Shown: positions 29,361 through 37,594, counted from the stretch's first letter. The stretch: DNA of 43,073 bases from an uncultured Sphaerobacteraceae bacterium (GCA_964574825.1 CAZNQC010000008.1:1-43073), one strand, 5' to 3'. The notes: a model not told the origin generated them from the letters alone. Numbers and translations: made by a program.

Positions 29361-29988
29361 GCCAGGCGCCCTCCAGCTCGTCGAGGATGCCCGGTTCCAT
29401 CTGGGCCGATTCGTACATGCCACGTTCGCGCCGCTGGCGCATGGCTTCGAATAGCGAGACGGCACAAGCGACCGAGATATTGAGGCTCTCGACCATGCCG
29501 TGCATGGGAATCGCCACCGTCCCATCCGCCCGCTCGAGCACCCGCTCACTCACGCCCCGATGCTCGTTGCCGAAGACCAGCGCTGTTGGCGCCGCCAGGT
29601 CGAGCTCGTAGAGATCGTGTGAGGTTTCCCCGAGGAATGTCGCCCAGATCTGCATTCCTTGCGCTCGCAGGACATCGAAGCAGGCATCCACACTCTCGTG
29701 AAAGTGCGTGCGCACCCACTTGGCAGCCGAGGCCGACGTGGTGCGATGGAATGCCCGGGTCGGAGGCGTTTCATGCACATAGACCAGGTGAACATCGAGC
29801 ACGCCAGTCGCGTCGCAACTCCGCAGCACGGCGCTGGCGTTGTGCGGATCGTGAACGTCCTCCAGCACAACCGTCAGCGAAGGTTGGCGTTGTTCGAGCA
29901 CCTTCCGCACCCTCGCCTGCCGCTGCTCGGTCCGGGGATACCTGAAGGTCTTCACGCCCTGTCTGGCATCTGGCTTCCGCTCCGCCAC
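29350..29988 (-). CDS. trmH: tRNA (guanosine-2'-O)-methyltransferase, SpoU/TrmH family
   Basis: The N-terminus RVRKVLEQRQPSLTVVLEDVHDPHNASAVLRSCDATGV parallels the TrmH N-terminus. SPOUT knot motifs are VFGNEHRGVS and IPMHGMVESLNISVACAVSLFE. I trimmed the start to GTG 29988, 7 nt after AAGGGA and 2 nt after the upstream stop. Confidence 0.8.
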   Translation of the reverse strand: MAERKPDARQGVKTFRYPRTEQRQARVRKVLEQRQPSLTVVLEDVHDPHNASAVLRSCDATGVLDVHLVYVHETPPTRAFHRTTSASAAKWVRTHFHESVDACFDVLRAQGMQIWATFLGETSHDLYELDLAAPTALVFGNEHRGVSERVLERADGTVAIPMHGMVESLNISVACAVSLFEAMRQRRERGMYESAQMEPGILDELEGAWLRK

Positions 29989-29989
29989 C

Positions 29990-30784
29990 CTATCGTCCCT
30001 TCTGGCTCTGGCCGCGCCGGAAACGGGAGAAGAACGTCGGATCGGGGTTGAGTCCCTTTGCCCGCTCGTCGGCCCGTTCCGGGGTCGGCGCATCCGGATC
30101 GATGATCGGCTCGCCAAGGACCGTGAGCGTGACCCGGTTCACGATCGATGCAATCAGGGCCGGTCCAATCAGGAGCATGGGCAGCACCATCAGGGACATC
30201 ACCAATGACAGGAAAACCAGGAACACCGACAGGAACATGCTGAGGAACGGCCGGCTGACCAGCACGAACATGGCGCCCCGGAATGCGTTCTTCACGCCCG
30301 ATTCCATCGTGCCGGCCATGGAAAAGGCATAGAGCGAGATGACCAGCAACAGGACGAACATCACCGTCCAGAGCGGCACCATGGCAGCAAAATAGCTCTC
30401 GATCCCACTAAAGAAGGTGAGATTCCAGACCAGCATGAGCAGGAACGGCAGGGTGAATACCGCTATCCCCCACGACCGTTTCCACGATGCCTTGAACACC
30501 TCCCAGGCGTCGCCGAACTCCGGCGTCGCACCGAGGCGGCGCGGATCGGCCACGGACATCAGGGCAGTCGTCGCAGGCGGCCCCGGCACGATGAGGATGG
30601 CAGCGAGCCACCAGCTCAGGGACAACAGGGCGAACACCATGAACTGGCTGAACGTATCGCGCAGTCCAGCCCAGATCAGTTTCAACAGCAACACCGGCAA
30701 GCTCTCTGACGGAGGCGAACACAAGCGTGGAATCAGGGGCCACGTAGCCAAAGTGTAACGCGCTCCACCTGGCCGGTCTGGCAT
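29990..30784 (-). CDS. Polytopic membrane protein, DUF624/YesL-like
   Basis: About 5-6 TM helices, with a first helix pair ending in VPGPPATTALMSV followed by a short amphipathic loop (FGDAWEVFKASWKRSW), as in YesL-family proteins. The N-terminal boundary is uncertain. Confidence 0.55.
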   Translation of the reverse strand: MPDRPGGARYTLATWPLIPRLCSPPSESLPVLLLKLIWAGLRDTFSQFMVFALLSLSWWLAAILIVPGPPATTALMSVADPRRLGATPEFGDAWEVFKASWKRSWGIAVFTLPFLLMLVWNLTFFSGIESYFAAMVPLWTVMFVLLLVISLYAFSMAGTMESGVKNAFRGAMFVLVSRPFLSMFLSVFLVFLSLVMSLMVLPMLLIGPALIASIVNRVTLTVLGEPIIDPDAPTPERADERAKGLNPDPTFFSRFRRGQSQKGR

Positions 30785-30904
30785 GATCCGCAGGAAGAGC
30801 AGTCAGCCCGGCAGGGTTGACCGGCATTGACTGTTCGGCAGCCAGGTAGGCCTGCCAACTCCAAACTTGGCCAGACACCTGCCTTGCCCACCCGGATGCT
30901 GGAT

Positions 30905-31447
30905 TCATGCTCCCAGGTCCGACACCAACTGCATCTGGTACCGGCGATCGAACACAGGCGAACAGCGACCGCAGGACCAGGTTCCCTTGCGCCGGCGCTG
31001 TACCTGCATCTGGCACTGGGGGCAGGCATAGACATAGCGCAGCGGTCGCCGCGACGGGGGAATCAGGGCCGATCGAATCTCGTGAAGGCTGGCACCGGTA
31101 AGCGCTGCAACCCGATGCGCGATTCGATCGTGGCCGTGGTGGGAATGGCGCCGATGGTCGCCATCGAGATGATCGCGCATGTGCACGAGTTCTTCGGCCA
31201 CCACCACTTCCAGGGCTTTCGGCTGGCTGGTGTCGATCCGGTCAATGTTGATCAGCACCGCGTGCTTCTGCTGGTGCCGGAGGAAGCAATACGCTCCCCC
31301 ATATCTAGCAGGGATATGTCGCTTCAGCCAGCCTCCGTACGTCTTGCGGTCAGTGGTCAACCACAAATCGTCGGTTGGCAGGTGCAGCGCTTCGACGTAG
31401 GCGGCCACAAGCGGCAGCACAACTGGATCGCAGGCCTCGGTTTTCAC
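30905..31447 (-). CDS. SprT/DUF45-like putative metallopeptidase with a C-terminal zinc ribbon; variant EExxH motif
   Basis: Motif region VVAEELVHMRDHLDGDHRRHSHHGHD, then zinc ribbon CPQC-x13-CGRC. The start is GTG 31447, 4 nt after GAGGAG. The track start 31516 is possible. Confidence 0.55.
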   Translation of the reverse strand: MKTEACDPVVLPLVAAYVEALHLPTDDLWLTTDRKTYGGWLKRHIPARYGGAYCFLRHQQKHAVLINIDRIDTSQPKALEVVVAEELVHMRDHLDGDHRRHSHHGHDRIAHRVAALTGASLHEIRSALIPPSRRPLRYVYACPQCQMQVQRRRKGTWSCGRCSPVFDRRYQMQLVSDLGA

Positions 31448-31579
31448 TGTGCTCCTCGTCGAACGCTCAGGGTCATCCGGAGCGGGCAGTCTACAATGCC
31501 TGTCGAGTCTCCGCACGGATGCACACCGGGGACGTCAATCAGGCTTGCCAAACCCGCGCGCGACCAGGATCGTCACCAG

Positions 31580-32062
31580 ATGCCATCACCCTCCCGACCC
31601 CGCCTTGAAGCCCAACGCACGAACGAGCGACCACACGTGCTGGTGGTGAGCGACGACACCGACCTGAGCACATTCCTGGTGGAGGGATTGCCCCTGGGCG
31701 GATTCTGGGTTTCGGTGGTAGCCAGCGGCCTGCAGGCGCTGGAAGTGTTCCGGCTCCGCCAGTTCGACCTCGTGGCGGTCGATGCTGGCATGCAGTCGTT
31801 CGATGGTCTCGAGTTTCTGCGCCGCCTGCGCGGACTGTCGACCCTTGGGAGCGGGAACGGATCGCGCACGACCGCTCCCGCCGTGCTCTTTGGCGAACTT
31901 CCCATTTCCCCCAGCGAACTAAGCGTCCTGGGCGTTGAACGGGTCTTCACCCCGCCGGTGGAACTCGACGAGGTCGTTCGCCAGCTCCACGAAGTGTTCG
32001 CCGCGTGGCGTCAGGCCAACCCGAACGTTCCGCTGGCAGACTCGGCCAATCTCGCCTTCTGA
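31580..32062 (+). CDS. Stand-alone response-regulator receiver domain protein (atypical)
   Basis: REC fold pattern HVLVVSDD ... FDLVAVDAGM ... GLEFLRRLRG ... RVFTPPVELDEVV. I trimmed the start to ATG 31580. The 5' part of track ORF 30827..32062 is antisense to the SprT-like gene. Confidence 0.7.
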   Translation: MPSPSRPRLEAQRTNERPHVLVVSDDTDLSTFLVEGLPLGGFWVSVVASGLQALEVFRLRQFDLVAVDAGMQSFDGLEFLRRLRGLSTLGSGNGSRTTAPAVLFGELPISPSELSVLGVERVFTPPVELDEVVRQLHEVFAAWRQANPNVPLADSANLAF

Positions 32063-32730
32063 CGCTTCTTTCGTCCCCCGCCAAGTTCCTCGGTTTCACC
32101 GGTGACCGCATAAACCACCCGCTCGCAGATGTTGGTCACCCGATCGGCGATCCGCTCAAGATTGTGGGATGCCCAAAGCAAGCGCGTGGCCCGGTTGATG
32201 GTGCTGGGGTCCGCCATCATGTAGGTCAGCAGCTCGCGGAAGATCTGGTCATTCAGGTCATCGACGTCATCGTCCCGAATGGCCGTGCGCCGGGCAAGTT
32301 CGACATCCCGCTCCATGAACGAGGTGATCGACTGGCCCAGCATTTCGCGCGCGATGACGCTCATGCGGGGAAGATCGACCAGGGGCTTGAGGATCGGCTC
32401 GTCAGACGTATCGATCACGATCTTGGCGATACCGGCCGCGTGGTCTCCCATGCGCTCCAGGTCGGTGAAGATCTGAAGTGCCGCCGCGATCATCCGCAGG
32501 TCACTCGCCATCGGTGCCTGGGTGGCGATGATGGTCAGCGCGGTGTCCTCACCCTCCCAGCGGGCCTTGTCGATCTCCTTGTCGGACTTCCGAACCTGCT
32601 TCGCCAGGATGACATCCTGGGTTTGCATGGCATCGATCGATCGCGCGATGGCCTTGTCAACCATGCTGGCCATCAGCACCACGTGGTCGCGCAGGTCTTC
32701 GATCTGTTGCTCGTATGCTGTACGGACCAT
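32011..32730 (-). CDS. phoU: Phosphate signalling complex protein PhoU
   Basis: Two PhoU repeats (e.g. DKEIDKARWEGEDTALTIIATQAPMASDLRMI and DLERMGDHAAGIAK / NLERIADRVTNICE). It is the last gene of the pst cluster. Confidence 0.93.
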   Translation of the reverse strand: MVRTAYEQQIEDLRDHVVLMASMVDKAIARSIDAMQTQDVILAKQVRKSDKEIDKARWEGEDTALTIIATQAPMASDLRMIAAALQIFTDLERMGDHAAGIAKIVIDTSDEPILKPLVDLPRMSVIAREMLGQSITSFMERDVELARRTAIRDDDVDDLNDQIFRELLTYMMADPSTINRATRLLWASHNLERIADRVTNICERVVYAVTGETEELGGGRKKRQKARLAESASGTFGLA

Positions 32731-32761
32731 GTTCTCTCATTCCCTCTCGTCGGCAGCAGAA

Positions 32762-33604
32762 TTAGCCGAACCGACCAGTAATGTAGTCCTCGGTGCGCCG
32801 GTCATCGGGATTGGTGAACAACTTTTCAGTGGGTGCAGCCTCAACCATAATCCCCTGGCGCCGCTCGTTCAGTGAAAAGAAAACGGTCTTGTCGCTAACG
32901 CGGGCAGCCTGCTGCATGTTGTGGGTAACGATGATGATCGTGTAGTTCTGCTCCAGTTCGCGGAGCAGTTCCTCGATCTTGAGGGTGGATATCGGGTCAA
33001 GCGCTGAGGCAGGCTCATCCAGCAGGATGACATCGGGGTTGATGGCCAGCGCCCGGGCGATGCAGAGGCGCTGCTGCTGGCCACCGGAGAGGGCCATGCC
33101 GCTCTCCTTCAGCTTGTCCTTGACTTCTTCCCACAGCGCGGCCTGGCGAAGGCACCGCTCGACGTGCTCCTTCATGTTGCCCTTGTAGCCGTTGATGCGG
33201 GCACCCCAGGCCACATTGTCGAAAATGCTCTTGGGGAACGGATTCGGCTTCTGGAACACCATGCCGATGCGCCGCCGCACCTCGACCGGATCGACCTTGG
33301 GCGAGTTGATCTCCTGGCCAAAGTAGAGAATGCTGCCTTCCACCCTGGCACTCGGAACGAGATCGTTCATCCGGTTGATGCAGCGAAGCACGGTGCTCTT
33401 GCCGCACCCGGAAGGACCGATGAACGCCGTTATCTTGTTCTTCGGAATGTCGATGTCGACATCATTGACCGCGTGGAAGTTGCCGTAGAACACGTTCAGG
33501 TTGCGAAGTTGAACGACGGGCTCAGAGGCTTCGAGACCTTCGCTGTGCTTGAAGTTCGACGCGGCGACACGGGTGCCTGGGGTGGCCTGGGTTTGAGTGA
33601 CCAT
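32762..33604 (-). CDS. pstB: Phosphate ABC transporter ATP-binding protein PstB
   Basis: [29 protein letters not shown], and the PstB-typical tail [10 protein letters not shown]. Confidence 0.96.
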   Translation of the reverse strand: MVTQTQATPGTRVAASNFKHSEGLEASEPVVQLRNLNVFYGNFHAVNDVDIDIPKNKITAFIGPSGCGKSTVLRCINRMNDLVPSARVEGSILYFGQEINSPKVDPVEVRRRIGMVFQKPNPFPKSIFDNVAWGARINGYKGNMKEHVERCLRQAALWEEVKDKLKESGMALSGGQQQRLCIARALAINPDVILLDEPASALDPISTLKIEELLRELEQNYTIIIVTHNMQQAARVSDKTVFFSLNERRQGIMVEAAPTEKLFTNPDDRRTEDYITGRFG

Positions 33605-33607
33605 GGA

Positions 33608-34525
33608 CTACATCCTGTTCTTGCTGAGACGCTGGCGGAGAATGATGGCGAAAGCATTCATGGCGAGGAGCACGATGAGGAGCACGAGAATCGCTGCCGC
33701 CGCCAGGTGCTCGAATTCCTTCTGCGGGCGCGCCGACCAGTTGTAGATCTGCACCGGCATGGCCGTGAACGAACTGAGGGGACCATCGGGCCGGGTGAGC
33801 ACCAGGCTCGACGCGCCAACCACGATCAGCGGCGCCGTCTCACCAATCGCGCGTGACATCGAGAGAATCATTCCGGTCAGGATGCCAGGCATGGCGGAAG
33901 GCAGCACGTGCGATCGAATGGTCTGCCATTTGGTGGCGCCAAGTCCATACGAGGCCTGGCGGAGACCCAGCGGAACCGCCCGGAGTGCTTCCTGCGACGA
34001 GATGACCACCACCGGCAAAATCAACAGGCCCATGGTCAGGGCACCAGCCGAGATGCTGCGCCCCAGGTTCAGCCACTGCACGAATATGACGAGGCCGAGC
34101 AGACCGTAAACGATCGACGGCACCCCGGCGAGATTCGAGATATTGGTCTGCACGAACCGGGTGAATCCATTCTTGGGCGCATATTCTTCGAGATAGACCG
34201 CGGTGCCCACGCCGACGAAGAAGGAGAAGATCGCGGAGCCAACCACGATCCAGATCGACCCCCAGATGCCGGAGTTCATGCCCGCCTGTTCTGGCTTGCG
34301 TGAGGGCATGTCCGTCACCAGGTGCCACGAGAGCCAGTTCCATCCTGGTTGGATGATGGACCAGAGCAGCATGCCCAATAGCACGATGGCCATCGCGGTC
34401 GACGCCAGGAAGATCCACTGCCAGATCTTTCCGGTCAGCAGGCGCGTCGCAACCCGGGGATTCCAGGCCTTACTTGTTGCGGTCGTGAGCGTAGCCACGT
34501 CGCGCTCTCCAGCAATTTCAGCCAT
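33608..34525 (-). CDS. pstA: Phosphate ABC transporter permease PstA
   Basis: PstA-type permease with the EAA loop (SQEALRAVPLGLRQASYGLGATKWQT). I trimmed the start to ATG 34525, which overlaps the pstC stop by 1 nt (TGATG). Confidence 0.92.
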   Translation of the reverse strand: MAEIAGERDVATLTTATSKAWNPRVATRLLTGKIWQWIFLASTAMAIVLLGMLLWSIIQPGWNWLSWHLVTDMPSRKPEQAGMNSGIWGSIWIVVGSAIFSFFVGVGTAVYLEEYAPKNGFTRFVQTNISNLAGVPSIVYGLLGLVIFVQWLNLGRSISAGALTMGLLILPVVVISSQEALRAVPLGLRQASYGLGATKWQTIRSHVLPSAMPGILTGMILSMSRAIGETAPLIVVGASSLVLTRPDGPLSSFTAMPVQIYNWSARPQKEFEHLAAAAILVLLIVLLAMNAFAIILRQRLSKNRM

Positions 34526-35484
34526 CAGTCGTACTCCTCCCGGAACCGCCGGGCCACCCAATGGCTAAGCAGATTCATGATCAGGGTCATGAAGAACAAC
34601 AGCAGACCCACGGCAAACACCGAGTAGAACTGAACGGACCCGCGAGCGACATCGCCACTAAAGGCCTGGGCAATGAACCCGGTCATCGTCTGCATGCTTT
34701 CGCGTGGATCCCACGCACCAGCCGTTCCCATGCCGGAAGGACGGCTGCCGGCCGCCAGGGCCACGATCATCGTTTCGCCAATAGCCCGCGACACCGCGAG
34801 GATGAACGAGGCGATGATGCCGGAGATCGCCGCCGGAACGACCACGCGAACGGCCGTTTCAAATTTCGTGGCGCCCAGACCGTAGGCCGCTTCCCGCAAG
34901 GACCGCGGCACAGCCCGCATGGCGTCTTCGGAGAGTGATGCCACCAGCGGCAATGTCATGATGCCCACCGCAATTCCGGCCGCCAGACCATTGAACACGC
35001 CGACATCCAGGAACGGATCCAGCAGCTTGGGGGTGATGAAATTGAGGGCGAAGAACCCGTACACGATCGTCGGCACGCCCGCCAGGATCTCGAGCACCGG
35101 TTTCAGGATCGAACGCGGCCGCTCCCCTGCGTATTCGCTGAGATAGATCGCCGCCATCAGGCCAAACGGAATCGAGACGAGGGCCGAGATGCCGGCGATG
35201 ACCAGCGTTCCTCGCACCAGCGGCAGCACGCCAAAGCTGCCATTGTCGAAGAGCGCGGTCCAGGTTCTCCCGAACAGGAAGTCGCTGATCGGGACCTGCC
35301 GGAAGAATTCGAACGACTCGTAGAGCAGAATGAAGATGATCCCGACCGTGGTGAGCAACGTGAACAGCGCGCAGGCCGTCATGATGTACCTGGCGGTGAG
35401 TTCGGAGACGGTGCGGTTTCGCTTTCCGGAAAGGTCGAGCGGGGGGCGGGTGAACCCGTTCTCGTTTGGCGCCACGGTCGCCAT
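34525..35484 (-). CDS. pstC: Phosphate ABC transporter permease PstC
   Basis: PstC-type permease (EDAMRAVPRSLREAAYGLGATKFET). The start is ATG 35484, 6 nt after GAGGGAG. The track TTG 35499 lies inside that SD. Confidence 0.92.
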   Translation of the reverse strand: MATVAPNENGFTRPPLDLSGKRNRTVSELTARYIMTACALFTLLTTVGIIFILLYESFEFFRQVPISDFLFGRTWTALFDNGSFGVLPLVRGTLVIAGISALVSIPFGLMAAIYLSEYAGERPRSILKPVLEILAGVPTIVYGFFALNFITPKLLDPFLDVGVFNGLAAGIAVGIMTLPLVASLSEDAMRAVPRSLREAAYGLGATKFETAVRVVVPAAISGIIASFILAVSRAIGETMIVALAAGSRPSGMGTAGAWDPRESMQTMTGFIAQAFSGDVARGSVQFYSVFAVGLLLFFMTLIMNLLSHWVARRFREEYD

Positions 35485-35562
35485 GGCGTTCTCCCTCAAT
35501 GAAGTGCGTCGACCAATCGTCCAATGCAGGTGCGGGATCGGTCATCAGGTTGAACCGTCGAT

Positions 35563-35592
35563 GGCCCGGCCGCGATTCTTCGCGGCCGGGCC
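35563..35592 (-). promoter_or_regulatory. Perfect intercistronic hairpin between pstS and pstC
   Basis: GGCCCGGCCGCG-ATTCTT-CGCGGCCGGGCC: a 12-bp perfect GC-rich stem in the 125-nt pstS-pstC spacer. No U-tract follows on the minus strand. Confidence 0.6.
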
Positions 35593-35609
35593 AAACGTGT
35601 TGCGATGAA

Positions 35610-36632
35610 TCAGGCAGCCGGGGTTGCGGCAGCGGCGGAGCTGTCTGGCGCAAGTTCACCGGAGATGGCACCCTCGACCTTCTCCTGCTCGGCAGCGAGC
35701 ACATCACCCGGCAGCGGCACATAGCCAACGTCGGTGGCCAGCGGGCCGCTCTCGGCGAGGTAGAAGCGGATGAATTCCTGCAGGGCCGGATCAGACTGCA
35801 GCTCACCAGCGTTGACGTAGATGAACAGCGTGCGGGACAGCGGGGCGTACGAGCCATCGCTGATGGTCTCGATGGCCGGAACCACGCCGCCATCACCGTT
35901 GTCGATGGCGATCGCCTTCAGCGAATCGGCATTCTCTTCGTAGTACGTGAAGCCGAAGTAGCCGAGCGCATACGGGCTGCCCATCACACCCTGCACGAGA
36001 ACGTTGTCGTCTTCGCTGGGAATGTAGTCGGTGCGCACGGCGGACTCACCGAGGATGGCTTCGTTGAAGTAGTCGAACGTACCCGAGTCGGCACCCGGGC
36101 CGTAGAGCTCGATCGTCTCGGCCGGCCAATCCGGGTTGACGTCGGCCCAGGTGGTCACACCACCGTCTTCGCTCCAGATCTGCTGGAGCTGCTCGACGGT
36201 CAGGGTATCGACGAAGTCGTTCTCGGCGCTGACGACGACCGTGATGCCGTCGTAAGCAACGTCGAAGACGTAGAACTCCACGCCATTGGAAGCGGCCAGT
36301 TCGGCTTCCTCAGCCTTGATTTCGCGCGAGGCGTTGGAGACCTGAATCTCACCGTTGGCGAACCGCTCGAACCCGCCACCGGAGCCGGAAACGCCATTGG
36401 TCACCGTGATGCCGGGGGCAACCGCAGCGAACTCTTCGATCACGGCTTCGGTCAGCGGTCCAACCGTCGACGAGCCGTCAGCCTCGATCTTGCCGGAAAT
36501 TTCGCCGATGTTGTCAGGAGCCTGGTATTCGGTCTGGGCCGAGACAATGCCAAAGCGAGCCAGCGGGGCAGCCGCGAACACGGCAGCCGAGCCAATCACC
36601 ATCTTGCGCCGGGAAATCACTGCGTCAAACAC
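35610..36632 (-). CDS. pstS: Phosphate ABC transporter substrate-binding protein PstS
   Basis: The PBP-like body includes GSSTVGPL and GSGGGFERF motifs. I trimmed the start to GTG 36632, 7 nt after AAGGAG, which gives (M)FDAVISRRKMVIGSAAVFAAAPLARFGIVSAQ, a twin-Arg-like signal. Confidence 0.92.
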   Translation of the reverse strand: MFDAVISRRKMVIGSAAVFAAAPLARFGIVSAQTEYQAPDNIGEISGKIEADGSSTVGPLTEAVIEEFAAVAPGITVTNGVSGSGGGFERFANGEIQVSNASREIKAEEAELAASNGVEFYVFDVAYDGITVVVSAENDFVDTLTVEQLQQIWSEDGGVTTWADVNPDWPAETIELYGPGADSGTFDYFNEAILGESAVRTDYIPSEDDNVLVQGVMGSPYALGYFGFTYYEENADSLKAIAIDNGDGGVVPAIETISDGSYAPLSRTLFIYVNAGELQSDPALQEFIRFYLAESGPLATDVGYVPLPGDVLAAEQEKVEGAISGELAPDSSAAAATPAA

Positions 36633-36668
36633 GTTCGAACTCCTTGGTATTGCTGCTGCGAACAGCTG

Positions 36669-36692
36669 AACCGATTGTTGAAACCGATGTTG
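36669..36692 (-). repeat. Tandem 12-nt direct repeat upstream of pstS (weak Pho-box-like)
   Basis: The plus strand reads AACCGATTGTTG AAACCGATGTTG. On the coding strand this is CAACATCGGTTT CAACAATCGGTT, i.e. two (C/T)CAACA hexamers 12 nt apart, 37-60 nt upstream of the pstS start. Confidence 0.35.
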
Positions 36693-36729
36693 GTGGGCGA
36701 CGCCAGGCAACGGGTGAGTCGTGATTGAC

Positions 36730-37488
36730 TCACGCGCCATCCGCCAGCGCCTCGGAACCTGCCTCCGCATCCATCACAAAGCGGTACCCCGCTCCATAGA
36801 CCGTGCGAATGCAGTCATTCGTGAGCCCGGCCGCCTGCAACTTGCCGCGCAGCCAGGAAATGTGAACGTCGACCGTGCGCTCATCCACGAACACATCGGT
36901 GCCCCAGATCTGGTCGAGCAGGTCCTGCCGCTGGAACACGCGTCCTGGCTCCATCGCCAGCGTGACCAGCAGCCCAAACTCCTTCGGCCTCAGGGACAAC
37001 TCGACGTCGCCAATCCGCGCCTGGCGACGATCCGGCTCGATCTGCAACGCTCCGCGATATAGCACGGCCGGTGGTCGCGCAGCAATGACCGCTCGACGAC
37101 GGACGTTCGCGCGAACCCGGGCCAGCAGCTCCCGCAGGGCGAATGGCTTGACCACATAGTCGTCGGCGCCCAGTTCGAGCCCATCGACGCGGTCCTGCTC
37201 TTCACCCCGGGCAGACAACATCAGAACCGGAAAGTCGTGGCGTTGCCGAACCGAACGCAGGACCTGATATCCGTTGAGCCCAGGCAGCATGACATCCAGA
37301 ATCATCAGGTCGAGGCTGTTGCCTTCAGCGGCAACGACGTCGAGTGCCGAGGGGCCATCGGCCGCACACAGCACGCGATAACCTTCTCGCGTGAGATTGA
37401 ATGTCAGGGTGCTGCGCAGGGTCGGATCGTCCTCTACCAGAAGAACCGTGGTCTCTTCTGTTTCCCGCTCGATCGCCTGTGCCGCCAT
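36730..37488 (-). CDS. OmpR/PhoB-family response regulator (PhoB/PhoP-like by context)
   Basis: REC domain (LLVEDDP..., LMILDVMLPGLNG, ADDYVVKPF) plus a winged-helix trans_reg_C domain (LRPKEFGLLVTLA..., VDVHISWLRGKL, TVYGAGYRF). It lies directly upstream of pstSCAB-phoU. Confidence 0.92.
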   Translation of the reverse strand: MAAQAIERETEETTVLLVEDDPTLRSTLTFNLTREGYRVLCAADGPSALDVVAAEGNSLDLMILDVMLPGLNGYQVLRSVRQRHDFPVLMLSARGEEQDRVDGLELGADDYVVKPFALRELLARVRANVRRRAVIAARPPAVLYRGALQIEPDRRQARIGDVELSLRPKEFGLLVTLAMEPGRVFQRQDLLDQIWGTDVFVDERTVDVHISWLRGKLQAAGLTNDCIRTVYGAGYRFVMDAEAGSEALADGA

Positions 37489-37550
37489 TCCGCTCCGATG
37501 CCTCCACGAACCGACTGGTCGAGTTCACGATTGGGAGTATCGGCGGGTGA

Positions 37551-37578
37551 GATTAATGGTCTGTTACCCGAGTGTTAA
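37551..37578 (-). promoter_or_regulatory. Pho-box-like array: three hexamers at 11-bp phasing upstream of the PhoB-like regulator gene
   Basis: The coding (minus) strand reads TTAACA-ctcgg-GTAACA-gacca-TTAATC, with plus-strand hexamer starts at 37573, 37562 and 37551. This matches the Gram-positive PhoP repeat TT(A/T/C)ACA with about 5-nt spacers. A -10-like GATACT (37541-37536) lies 9 nt downstream, and the start codon is at 37488. Confidence 0.5.
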
Positions 37579-37594
37579 ATCTCTGGCGGCCATT

